A DNA stretch of 63,175 nucleotides, counting the filler, from Craspedostauros australis (Eukaryota), in assembly GCA_030167865.1 (NCBI GenBank). It is 9 parts of 9 records of this genome, joined end to end, with 100 filler letters (N's around TTAATTAATTAA, not from the genome) between each part and the next. Parts side by side here need not be neighbours in the genome. Positions count along the whole stretch, not along the records: positions 1 to 11,469 come from JALAGF010004588.1; positions 11,570 to 14,174 come from JALAGF010004589.1; positions 14,275 to 16,392 come from JALAGF010004590.1; positions 16,493 to 33,870 come from JALAGF010004591.1; 5 more parts are not named here. One strand, given 5' to 3'. Shown piece after piece: positions 8,988-21,300 of this stretch (position 1 is the stretch's first letter; the number at the start of each line of letters is the position of its first letter). The notes beneath the pieces were generated by a model. It saw nothing but the letters and a program-made list of their open reading frames with translations, did no database searches and was not told where the DNA came from. Position numbers and translations under genes: made by a program.

Positions 8988-11469
8988 CTCCCTCTTGTCG
9001 GTGGCACGAGCGGACCGCGCTTACCATCCCAATAGTCGCAATCGCAGAGATTCGAATAGTGGACGTGCCAAGGGCTTGGTGAATATATCGGCCATCTGGT
9101 CCAACGTGTCGACCATTTCGATGGTGATGAGCCTTTGGCTGACAGCTTTATGGAAGTGATGGCATTTGGCATTGATGTGTTTGGTATGAGGACGCATTCT
9201 GGGTGCATTTGCAAGTTCGAGGGCACCAGAGTTGTCCTCAAATGCTGTGCAGTGAACTGTTGGAGAAGTGTCGAATGACGATATGTGCTGCTTCATTTTG
9301 TTGATGAGGTGTATGATGGGTATAACCTCTCATAGAGCTTGGCTGAGAGCCACGTACTTGGCTTCTGTGGTGCTGAGTGTGACTTCTGTTTGCAGCTTGG
9401 AGTTCCATATGATGGGGAATCCTGCATACAGGACAACGTATCCGGTACAACTTTTTGCCTTGTTGGGGTTGTTGTTGGCTTGTGTGAAGCCTCCTGCGAA
9501 GTCTGCATCAGCATAGCAGTGAATGGAGTCATCGGGTAGGTGAGATGCAGAGTCCCATATCCCATGTGTGAGTGAGGTATTGTACAATCCATTCGATGGC
9601 ATCTTCGTGTGACTTCATCGGATGAGCCATGAAGCGTGCGCATTGATGGACTGTGAAGCAGATGTCAGGCCTCGTCGATCATGTGAGGAAGCTGAGCATC
9701 CCCATATCTGACCGATATTCGAATCGCCAAGTGGCAGCGGGACCACCAGTGTCCTTGTATAGGAGCAGTTTGACGGCTGGCGTCGAATATGTTTGTCCTG
9801 GTGAGTCAGGATCGATCTTGGCTGCTCGTATGATTCGATCTATGAGTTGCGGTTGTGTGAGTGTGATGGTGTTATCAGTACGTTGGATGTGAACGCCCAG
9901 ATACTCAGTCATGTTGCCTTCGTCAGTTTGTGTGAACCATGCCTTGAGGCGCTTGATGATGTCATCGATCTCGTGTTTGCGTGGGCCAATGATGATGGTG
10001 TCGTCAACGTACAGCAGAATGGATGTGTTGCCCTTGCAGAGAAGGCATTCGTCGACTTGGCTTTGCCGGAACCCATGCTGCATCAGGCTGTCAACCACAT
10101 GCCGATGCCATACCAATGCTGCTTGCTTGGTGCTGTACAGAGTATTCTTGAGCTTGACAACGTGAGACCTGCTGTCTCCGTCCACGTTGCACCCCTGAGG
10201 TACTTGCATGAAGATGTCGCATTCCACATTCGCTTGTGGGAACGTCAGAACGAAGTCGATTTGGCAAGTGTGCCAGTGCTGTTTGATGGCCATGGTGAGG
10301 AATGTCTGGATGGTGGACCATTGCACAACAGGTGCGAATGTTTCCCAGTAGTTGACACCATNNNNNNNNNNNNNNNNNNNNNNNNNNNNNNNNNNNNNNN
10401 NNNNNNNNNNNNNNNNNNNNNNNNNNNNNNNNNNNNNNNNNNNNNNNNNNNCGGCTTTCAGGATCTTGTGCCCTTTTGGCACATGATTGCGTTGGACGAC
10501 CTCCCAATGTTGTCTGGATTGGTGGTCTTCGATTTCCTTGTGCATTGCCCCAATGAATTTGTCGCGGCCAGGCTGCGTCTGCATTTGCCCCCAGTACATA
10601 GTGTCATTGTCTGCAAGTGTTGCTGCGAATGACATGGGGTGCAGATCGCCCGAGTTCATGTTGAGGACGTCAGATGTGTGGAAGGATTGAGCAGTGTATG
10701 TGTGGTAGGATTGGAGTTGGAGTGTAGGCTGGTTGGTCTCTGCACATTCTGTTGCGGATGGAGCGGATCGTGATGCGTTCTGTGTGGCGATGGTATAGCT
10801 CCCTCTGAAGGTGAGCTTGCTGGTTGTCTTGGAACACTGTGCCTCGGAAGGCTGGACCTCGGAAGGTCGTGCAACTTGTGCTGCATGTCAAGCTGGAATG
10901 GCTTGGCATCAGGTGCAGCGTGTGTGGTCCCTGGAGGACGCGTGCTTGCGGAAAGTTGGTGCTGAACAGCACGTGTGATGCATTTGGAGCGAATCTGTTG
11001 CGAGGGCTTGGCTGGTTCGTCGATGTGTGTGAGACGCTGCCACTGCGATGCACCAGGATGCAGGAGTGGATTGGTCTTGACCGTTTGGAACCTGTCATCG
11101 AAGTTCAGATGGAACTGTGGCGATATGTACCCTGTGTCGATCTTGAGAACGATAGGTACGCTGCTCGCATGTTCAGCTGACATGCCAAGGAATATGGCGA
11201 TGTTGGCTCGGCTGCTCCACTTGGGAACCTGGGATCCCTGTTGCAGTGCGGCCTTGAGGATGTATACAGGGCATCCAAATGTGTGAAAGTGTTGCATCAA
11301 GGGTTGGACCTCGATCTGTACGAATCGCTGGAGTGGCGATATACCTCCCTCTCGAGCAGCGTTCCTTCGGATCTCAGAGGCGTAACGCAGAGCATACAGC
11401 CATAGAGACGGATGAATGGCATCAGGACAATGGTGCTGCGCATGCAAGAGCATCGAGCAAGTGGACTCT
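8988..11469 (-). pseudogene. pol: Decayed Ty1/copia pol (integrase C-terminus, RT, RNase H) with stops and frameshifts
   Basis: Fragments read HFHTFGCPVY (integrase C-terminal region), GVNYWETFAPVVQW...QIDF...LLYVDD (RT), and YADADFAG, IWNSKLQTEVTLSTTEAKY, FEDNSGA, QMADIFTKPL (RNase H), split over several frames. Confidence 0.93.
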
Positions 11470-11569
11470 NNNNNNNNNNNNNNNNNNNNNNNNNNNNNNN
11501 NNNNNNNNNNNNNTTAATTAATTAANNNNNNNNNNNNNNNNNNNNNNNNNNNNNNNNNNNNNNNNNNNN
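11470..11569. other. Artificial contig-joining spacer; eight copies, with the 12-mer at 11514, 14219, 16437, 33915, 47543, 53201, 55634 and 59272
   Basis: TTAATTAATTAA (stops in all six frames) centred in about 100 nt of N each time. Confidence 0.97.
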
Positions 11570-13773
11570 GATGAGCTCACCAATCATGAAGGCAATGTCT
11601 GAGCAGGGGTACGGCTTTCAGTCGACAAACCCAACAAAGACAGATGTAACAAGGCTGGTGTGTTTCTCCTTTGTGGACGACACCGACCTTATACACTCAG
11701 TGAAGGCAGCAATCGACGACCCAGACGCATGCATCACAGAAATACAGCAAGTGGTCGATGCGTGGGAAGGCATGCTACGCGCCACCGGAGGAGCACTCGA
11801 ACCGAAGAAAAGTTATTGGTACCTGATGTCCTTTAAATGGGATGGATCCAGATGGCAGTACAAGACGGTCGAAGAGCAGCCTGGAGGCATCAGCATACGG
11901 AAGCCGGACTCACAGGAACGATCGACCCTACTGCGCCTACACGTGGACCAAGCACGCAAGGCATTAGGAGTAATGGTGCGACATGACGGGGTGCAAGACG
12001 ACAACGAAAAGTTCTATACAGGCAAGGCAACCAAATGGGCCGACAAGATGAGGAGAAGCAGCATGCTGAGAACGCACGCCTGGGTGGCAATGAAGTCCAC
12101 GATTTGGAAAGCGCTAGAGTATCCTCTCACAAGCGCCACTTTCACCAAGAAGGCCACAGAACGTATTATGCGGCCGGTCCTCCAAGCAGCGCTCCCGGCG
12201 GCTGGTATACAGCGGAACATATCAAGGCAGCTGGTGTTTGGGCCACACGAGAGACTGGGATTCGGAGTGCGTCACCTGTACTTCGTACAAATCGCAAAAC
12301 ATCTCGAGGTGCTAGCAAGGCACTGGTGCGCAGACACGCTGACAGGCAGGCTACTACGAACTTCAGTGGAGTTGATATCGATACAGGTGGGAATTCCCGA
12401 TGTGTTTGGGCAAGACCCAGCAGCATGGGGGCACCTGGCAGAGGACTCATGGATAAAGGCCGTATGGCTGGAAACCAGTGGGGTGGGCATCAAAGTGCAG
12501 TGGGAGGACGGGATACTGCATGCCCCAAGACAACAGGATGCGCCGATCATGGAGCGCGTCCGAGCCCTCAACCTCGGCCAGACCCAAGAGAAGATCGTCA
12601 ACCTGTGCAGGATAGCGAAGAAAGTGTTTTGGCTCTCCGATATTGCAACGGCAGATGGTCGACAGATTCTGGAGACGGCGAGCCAACCAGGAGATGTGCC
12701 GCTGCGCAAGACCTGCATCCAATGGCCGCCAGTCGGTCACATAGGGTCAGCGTACTGGAAGGTGTGGCAGCAAACTATCCGCATGCTCTGTCAAGTCTCA
12801 CGGTCGACGACTCTGAGATTAGACAGGCCTCTGGGGAGATGGTTACGGTTCAGCTCGCAGCAGCCTCAGGTGTTTTGGGACCCAGCGACAGATAGAGCAC
12901 AAGATTCCGACAATCCGGCACAGCATTGGAGGCACGTCCCACGGCGACGGCGGCAGAAAATGTATGAGCAAGCTGAAGGCGCCATGCCACGACCAAGATT
13001 CATAGCAGATGGATATCGCGACGGAGAACGGTTGATCATAACGGCAACTGGGGACGGAGAGCTGTGGTCAGCACGGCCTGCAGCGACAGTGGAGCAAGTG
13101 ATACAGATGATGCCACCTGGCATAGCATGGTCAATACAGGAGCACACGATCGATGGACAATTGGGAACGATAGCGACGGCGTTGCGTCAGGGGACGGTAA
13201 CAGCATGCAGCGACGGGTCTGTGGCCAACGGAAAGGGAGCTTCTGGTGCGGTGATTATGGCCGAATACGGCGGCGCCACCACACGGGTGCTGGTAGCCAA
13301 CCTTGCGCCGGCCACCGACGGAGTCATGCAGTCGCACCGAGCGGAGCTGGCGGGAATCTACGGGGTCCTGGCAATTCTGAAAGTGGTGTGCGACGTGTAT
13401 GCGATACGCTCCGGAAGCGCGGAGATCGGCTGTGACAACGTCGGAGCCCTTCATGCTCTCGACCCAGGATGGCACCTGACCCCAACCTCGACGGATGCGG
13501 ATATACAACGAGCAGTGCGAAACATGAGCATAGGACTCCCAATCGACATCAGCAGCCGCCACGTGAAGGGGCACCAGGATGACAGCGCAGAATGGAGCGA
13601 ATTGAGCCGGTGGGCCAGGATGAATGTGATAGCTGACAAGGTGGCAGGAGCGGCGCGCGTCACGATGCAAACCGACGCGATACACACAGGTCACATCAAC
13701 GGTGAGAAGGTGTCTTTCGTTACCGATAGGAAAATGTCGCGAATCGGCTATCATGCGATCGCGAGTGGACCTA
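11570..13773 (+). mobile_element. Second, diverged copy of the non-LTR ORF2 (RT C-half and RNase H); 5' end lost at a contig join, 3' end cut by an LTR insertion
   Basis: Colinear with ORF2 of 3111-8591 from MSSPIMKAMS onward (FVDDTDL, ACSDGSV, SHRAELAG, HVKGHQD) with many substitutions. Similarity stops abruptly at 13774, where the LTR family sequence begins. Confidence 0.93.
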
Positions 13774-14174
13774 TGTTGGCAAGTTCCGCTCACGGTAACC
13801 TACGATCGTGGAAGATGGTATTGGTTGATAGTCGTCTGTTTGCTATTTCATTACTTGGCTACTCCGATGCTCTCGGTGTNNNNNNNNNNNNNNNNNNNNN
13901 NNNNNNNNNNNNNNNNNNNNNNNNNNNNNNNNNNNNNNNNNNNNNNNNNNNNNNNNNNNNNNNNNNNNNNNNNNNNNNNNNNNNNNNNTCTCTCTCTCTC
14001 TCAATATCGCGTGCTCGTCGTACACGATACTCCGTGTTCGATACGTACTCCGTATTCGACACTCCGTTCATTCAGTACTGGCTCCTACTTCGTGAGTACT
14101 CGCCATTTGAAGTTCACCTTCTGTATCCATGATGCTGATGCCCTTCGGTCATCGGATCTTTGCCTCCTGCTCTG
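13774..14174 (-). repeat. LTR (partial, gapped) of the copia family at 46606-53155
   Basis: Begins TGTTGGCAAGTTCCGCTCACGGTAACCTACGATCGTGGAAGATGG, nearly identical to 52791 onward. Confidence 0.88.
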
Positions 14175-14274
14175 NNNNNNNNNNNNNNNNNNNNNNNNNN
14201 NNNNNNNNNNNNNNNNNNTTAATTAATTAANNNNNNNNNNNNNNNNNNNNNNNNNNNNNNNNNNNNNNNNNNNN

Positions 14275-16023
14275 CGAATGATGTTGGTGCTGCTGTTGGA
14301 GATACTTCTTTCGGCACAGCGGTCCTTTGGGGACCATTGGGATTGTTGGTGCCACCACTACTACCACTGCCACCGCCATCAGCGAAGATGGCGATAAGCG
14401 CCACGACAACACCAACAATCATGAGCACAACGATGGCCAGGATTATCATGATGACTCTCTTGAACCACGCATTGTCACTCAAGATCGCGCTCTCTCGCCC
14501 ACGATTGGTTGATTGTTCCATCTTGTTACTTCGGATGCCGACATTCTCAATATCATCGTCGTCATCAGAATTTGCCACTTGGGCATCGTCTATGGGGGCA
14601 GTGCCATGCCTCGCGGAAGAGTCCTGAGGAGAGGGCACCGCAACTGGCACGATTGCCGCGCCCAGAATCTCGTTCCGAATCGCTTGCACCAAGTCGTTTG
14701 TGGAAACAGCATCCAACATGAGAGTTGGTTGTTGACCAATGGAATCCGAAAAATTTGCTGCGGCAAGATGGTATCTTCGTCGTCGTCGTCGATGAGATTG
14801 TCGAACTCCTCGTCAAGCTGGCTGCTGTCGTCTTCGGCATGCGACGTGCGCGGTCCTAACCGGAATGCCCCCACCTGCGACGGCGCGCCTCGGGGTGCGA
14901 CCGCATTCTGCACGCTGTGCTGCGAAGTCGTTTGGAGAGTATCCGTGGAGGCATCGGAGGTTTGCCTAGGTCGAGCTTGACGTTGCGACTTGGCCCTTCT
15001 TGGCTTCTGCTGCTCCTTCTTGCGTCGCGCGGAAGCTGAGACCTCGGCGATCGTGTGTCTTGGCCGTGGCGAGCCCTTGCGCACGCTGTTCGCGGCGCAC
15101 TGCAGTTTGAAGCTGGTGTCTTTGTCTTTGTCTTCGCCGCTGGGTGCATGGCCAGAATGATCCATGTTGTCCAAATGAGAGACCAGGGTTTCCATTTCCG
15201 ATACATTTTTCTGCGAAGCCTTGGATGCTGCTTGCGGCGAAGACCGGCTCTTCTCCTCCTTCTTTGCTCCTTTGTCCTTCTTGCCCGTTCGCTTCTTACT
15301 TTTGCCTTTGCCCTTGGTTTTATTCTTGCTCTTGCTTTTGCTTTTAACATTGCTCTTGTCATTATTGCTCTTGTCATTATTGCTCTTGTCATTATTGCTC
15401 ATGCCATTAGTCTCGTCATGTGACGCTGATGACGCTGACGACGCTGACAATGCTGTTGATGTTGATTTGGTCTTAGTCTTTTTCCGTTTCTTCTTCGCGG
15501 ACGCCTGCTTCGTCTCCGCAGATGCATGCGACGTTGCCTCCTCATCGCCACTGTCCTTGCTGGAGACCAAATCCTCGCACTGATCATGAATGTCGATGAG
15601 ACTATCCGTGGACTTCCGTCGCAGAGCTTGGCCAGCGACCGAGCTGCCGTCGTGTCTCGGCCGCGCCTCGATGGCTTCCAGCAGCTCCGTTTGCTGCCGA
15701 ACGATATCTGCCGGCGCTTCCAGTCCCACGCCATCCTCGAGATCGACCTCCATGGCCGACAGGGATGCGGACAGCGCGGCTGCCATTGCGTCGGCCTCGT
15801 CGACATCTCGCGAATTCAGACGGGACGTGCTGTCATTGTCGCTGTCATGCGTCGGTGCATCGCTGATGGTGGCAAGTCCATCGCGGCCGGCAACGGTCTG
15901 AGCATGGGCGGAATGCAGGGTTTCGTCGCCATCGTCCTGCGTCAGCTCCATTATGGCCGTCTCGAGGTTGTGCACGAAGCTTGCGCTTCGCGACGATTTC
16001 AGCGCTGGTGACGGCATCGTCAA
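14275..16023 (-). CDS. Single-pass membrane protein with a long disordered N-terminus (diatom PGA-motif type); 3' end truncated by a gap; apparent frameshift near 14770
   Basis: ORF 14590-16023 (Lys/Ser-rich, QVGAFRLGP motif) appears to continue in a neighbouring frame as ...AANFSDSIGQQPTLMLDAVS into a hydrophobic helix VIMIILAIVVLMIVGVVVALIAIFA, a Gly/Ser linker and PTAAPTS. Confidence 0.65.
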
Positions 16024-16491
16024 CTAATGCATGTATTATTATATTCTATTCTATAAAATAATGGTGCATGTCATGGAATGGAACCTTTTGCAGTATGTAT
16101 AGCATTTTATAGGTAGCACTCGCAGAGCAGAAGTATTGCCTTGTGTTGTGCGACAACAACAGATGGTGAATGGTGGTGTTGCGTCTGCTTCGCTTTTGAT
16201 GCGAAAGTCGCGGCCTGCGGTTCCTCCACAGATCGGTTCCTTCGAGAAGTGGCGGACCATCGCGGCGTCATCTTGCTCGGTGGCTTTTACAGGTGCCGAA
16301 ATGGCTTCGGTGTCCTCTTCTTTTTGCCCAAGCCAAACTTCAATGTCGACACATGAGAACACATTGACGTCAACTCGGTTCTTGACATCCAGNNNNNNNN
16401 NNNNNNNNNNNNNNNNNNNNNNNNNNNNNNNNNNNNTTAATTAATTAANNNNNNNNNNNNNNNNNNNNNNNNNNNNNNNNNNNNNNNNNNN

Positions 16492-19400
16492 NGAGGCTTT
16501 GTGAGCCCAACATGCCCGTCCCATTCAATTCCGCGTTCTGTGGAAACCACAGAGACTCTCTTGGCGTTCGCTGGAGCTTCAGCCACTGTCGCGATTTGGG
16601 TGTACTGCTTCCTTTGGGTCCAGCTTTGTCGATACAGTCGATACCATAGAATTGGAGAGGCAGCCAGGTCCCAGATGTCATCTTGATATGGCTCCTTCCA
16701 CCATCACCACAACCTGTCATTGCAGTGCCACTTGCCCAATGGTCGGTGTAGTGTTATACCTTGGTACCACATTGATCTGCACCACTGTTGCCACTCCTTC
16801 CACCAACCACTTGGTAATCTCTGTGGTTGCTTCGCCCATCATCTTGGTATGATGGACGCCCGTATTCCTTCGTGCGCCTCTGACAAGATCCTGGTACCTT
16901 CAACTGGCATGATGTCTGACAATCACAACACCCCTAGTTTTTTATTCACATGTTCAGGTGGTAGAGCTGCGCCCCCGTCACCCCCTGCCGGATCCATATA
17001 TCCATCAGAAAGGAGCCGCCTTCACGCTGCATTTTGCTGGACGTCGTTGTTTCGCACACCTCAATGCTGGTACCCTGTAGTTGACCCCACAGACCAACAA
17101 TCCAGAATTTGGTTGTGCAATGTCCGAGCCAAGCATGCGCATATTGGAATAGGGAACTCCCTACCCCTAGCTCCTCCTTGAGCGCTTGCACCAAGCACTT
17201 GACCATCTTTCTGGTCTGGGCCTCTGATGAACCTCATTGAAAGCCAGCTGAATCTGAGCCATCAGCTGGGAATTGGCAGGACTTACAATGCCCAATCCTC
17301 CAAGGGATTTCGTGCCGTACACCAGATGTCTTGGCTGGGTTCGCAAGCAGCCCATCTTTGGCAGGGACACTAGTGGCGCCGGCGCCATGATGTATTGCCA
17401 CTGCGTCTGGGTGAGCTGGACTAGCGGTAAGGCGTACTCAATTGCCTTCATGAATCTCAGTGGAAGCACCGATCTTGCATCCTCTGGGGAGATCTGCGCA
17501 GTACGCATCCTTCCTCCGACGTCTTCGGCTTTCTTTCACAACCGCCTCACATGCTCCCTGTTGTCTCCGTCGAACTTGATGAGCACGCCCAGGGTGAACA
17601 GAGGCTGATCCATCGTCTTGTTGGGGATCTCCACTCTTGTACCTTGTCCTTCGTCGATGCGAATACTGGTGGTGGCCTCGGCATCGCGCAATCCCCATTT
17701 ATCGGTGTTGAACTCGGGTTGGATGGCCCACCATGCTGACTTCTCTGGTACCAGCGCTCCTCCTGTGACTTGCAGTAGTTGGCTCTAATCCTGGACTGTC
17801 TGTTTCAAGGCTTCGGTATCGGCACCGTCGTGCTCTCGTTGCTCGAGTCGGATCAGGTCGGTATCATCAACAAACGCCGGGCCTAGCACTGGTATGAACT
17901 CTCCCGGCAGACTGGACAAGGCCAACGTGTGGCCCAGTCTTGTCATGGCCTTAAACATGGCAGAGCTGATACCAGCCCAGATTGCAGGGCCTGCCCCATT
18001 GTCTTGTCCAATGCCATGCATGTCACAGTCAGTGCCTTTTTTGTAGCACCTGCTGGACACTCCGCATGCAGTGCTGATGTGGTGTCTGGTGTCGCGTATG
18101 GTTTTGAACATGCTCCTTGTAGTCGATCCATTCGCACCCGCGGCCATCATCGCCACAGCCACAAAGTTGGGTATGATCCTGTTGTAACACGACTTCGCAT
18201 CATTGGAACAGAACACCACTGCTTCCTTCTGTTGGAATCCAAGGACAATGGTGAGCTGCTTGCTAAGTCCAACAATCATCGCCGATCTGCGCTTTCGGCT
18301 CCCTAACTGAAAGCCTGATAGCCTGCTGGCCTTCTCCGCCGTCTGCATCATCTGCTTGCCGAGCCGCTTGTTATTTAGGTTGAACTGCGCGTCCACGAGC
18401 TGTATCATACGCATTTTTCAATGTTGAACACTTGCGCCTTCTTGAGAATTTCCACATTGGTAACGTGTTGCCACGGTTTTGGAGAATGCCCAGTCTGGTA
18501 TGGTGCCTCCTTCAGCATTGTATCCACGTGGGCCAGTGCCTGAACCATTGCAGCAGCCTTGCAATGATCAAAATGGGGACAGCTCAGCTCTGAATTGGTG
18601 AGCTCCGTCTGCTTTTTCCAGGCCTTCGAATGCTCCATTACAGTGAGTTCCGACTTGTCCTGCACAATAGACTCAAGGGACTCCAACAGAGCCCTGATCA
18701 TGGGGTCAATTGTCTCTGGTATGGGTGCCTCCGTCTCAACGAGCTTTCGTCCAAGTTCTGGTATCCATATACGGTCCATGAGTTGCTTGCCCTGGCCAAT
18801 CATACAGGGGGCGCTGTTGGCCTGGGAGAACCTCTTCTTGTTTTCCCGGATGCATGCTGTGACTATCTTGTACTGCTCATTACATTCATGCAGCTGTCCT
18901 TTGTTGTCCATTAACAAAACTTTGGTGGTCATCAATTTGCCTTACCCGAACGCCGCTCTGAGGCAGCCGGCTTGCTCTCGCTGCTTCTCCCTGTTCAGGA
19001 GCATTTGTAGAGCAGCTTCGTAATCCTGTTTGTTTGAGTCATGTTGTTGTCTTGCCATTCGCACCAGGTGATCTTGCCTTGCTTGCATGTGCTCTATATT
19101 TTGCTTCTAGTAGGCTTTGTATGCTTCAGAGCACATTTGCTGTGCTTGTTGGAGGTTCATGCCTTCCTTGAGGCCTACCCACTTTCTGGCTCGCCGTTGA
19201 AGAGAGGAGTTCACTTTCCCACCCAGGAGATGCTTCACCTCAAGTGACCAGAGTTGAATCACATCCTGAGAGCGTTGTATCTCTGGCGACCATGCGACTT
19301 CCCCCATTTTCAACTTGCTGCACCCTTTATCTGCAAACTGCCTGATCTGGTTCGTTTGTTCCAGGAGCTTGTCGAACTGGAGGCGCTGCTCTCGTGTCAT

Positions 19401-21300
19401 GGTCCATCCTTGGGCCTTTGCTGTTGCCAACAATTCCTCCACGCGTCTGTGTATGTTGTGTTTGCTGTATTCTTAGAAAAGAGCATAGTCCAGCTTTTTG
19501 CTGCAAAAAAAAAATGGTAGTTTGGAAATCAGTCCCCACGCTTCCACCTGTCATTTGGGATGGAAGATGAAAAAGGTGCGATTGCGGTCGGACTTGTCTG
19601 TATCCACTGACATGAACAATGTGTAGTCTGGGTCTTCGAAAGGCCAAAGATTCATGATGACCTCGCGCAGAGTGAGTCTTCATATCAGCACTTCCACATC
19701 CAACTTCATGATAGAGTACATGCCCTCTGTCATCATTTTCTGTTCGAATGCGACCTGATGCGCTACCATCGAACTCAAGTTCGCGAGTTCCAAGGGTGGG
19801 TGATAGAACTGTTGGTCAAGAGCGTCCAGCATGAATCTCATCTGTTTTCCGAGAAGGAGTACCATGTCTGCGCAGTTGTTGAACATGTCTTTCATCATGA
19901 CATGGCAGGATCTGGGCTTTGACTTGTTGCACATGATGTGGGTGGCCCTTGGCCAGTTGTGGTAGCCATCCAATTTGGATCGTTGTCCTCTCTTCTTCAC
20001 CAGTTGAATCTTATGGATGTGAAGTTGAACTACGCATTGGTTCTTCACAACCTCATGCTCATTTATTCCTTCTGCCAAATCCTCCATATTCATGGTGCTG
20101 TGGCTGCCAAACAGCCAGCCTGCTGCCACAATGTTGTGTTCCTGAATGTCAGACTTCCTGAAAGCCATTGCAGCTGTTACTAGTGTTCCATCATCCTCAA
20201 AAGTGTCAAGGTCCTGTTTGTGGCCAACCCAAATGAATGTGTAGGTTATGAATCCTGTTCTTGCATAGAGACTCTCTACGAATTGCTTCAGCATCTCACA
20301 GCTGGTCCATGCAACGTCCGCGGCCATCCAGGGTCATAGCTTTTTGCTTCTCCGCCATGCCAGGATTTTCGCCTTGGAGTCAGTGCGGAAAATGAATGCA
20401 CGTAACACGTTCAATCCTGCGATGACTTGCACCAACAGAGTATCACTGCCCTCCCTTGACATTGGCAGACACACATCAAAGAAGCTCTTGTGGATGTTGC
20501 TGAGGACATCATTGATGCTCACCAGTTCTCAAGCTTGTGGGTTCTTCCATGGGTACGCCATTACTTTGTTTTTTGGCTTGCATGACTTCTGTTTGGATGT
20601 GGGGTTTGGAGAGTTGGCCTGTGGAACGTCTTCATCTTCGTTTTGTCAAGATGGATGCTCTTGGCCTCCATGAATACCATACTTGCTTCAATCCACATGG
20701 CTGTCACATGTGTGGATAGGATCTGTCCAAATTCCACATCGAAGAGGAGAAGATGTTGGATGTTGCCAACAGTTGCACCATGATTTGCACCATCAGCAGG
20801 TTGGATTCTGCAGTTAGTTTGTTGTTGTACGCATTGCTGAATAGCTGCTTCCACTGTTCAAAGGATGCCCTGTCTGCCAGATTGTCCCTCATCTCCTTCA
20901 CAAAGGCAATGGGCTCGTCAAGTGCGCCCTCTTCCCCAGATGCAGCTTGGAAAGGTTCCAAGCCCCATGTCATCAGATTCCTTTTGCGGAGGATGTCACC
21001 CCAACTTCTCTTGTGCTGATGACTCCAAGTCCAATGGTTCTTGTTTTCAGTGTTTTTTTTTGGCGTCTTGTTGCCTAGAGAGTCGCTTGCCACCTTGGCC
21101 TCCTTGTCCTGGACATCCTTGTGCCATGGTCGGCGTCGATCGAGCGCTCTGGTTGACTTTGCCAGAGCCGTTTTGTGCGCCTGTGCGCACCATTGTCAAA
21201 GCTTTTGTTCTAGTACTGATTCTCCAGGTTCTATGTGAGAATTTTCATACTGGTCCTACGTACATCATCAACTGTGGAAGAGCCACGGGACATTCTTTAG
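16492..21300 (-). mobile_element. Heavily decayed non-LTR retrotransposon of a related family (ORF1 remnants ~19680-21190; ORF2 remnants ~16490-19500)
   Basis: Minus-strand fragments: GEVAWSPE, EILKKA, IQLVDAQFNLNNK, QLGSRK, SNDAKSCYNRI, GIGQDNGAGPAIW, FVDDTDL, AIEYALP, LVYGTKSLGGLG. Many stops and frameshifts; boundaries are approximate. Confidence 0.88.

Noticed and set aside
13774..14132. C-terminal extension of the 853-aa RT ORF
   Set aside because: Read-through into LTR sequence and Ns, not genuine ORF2
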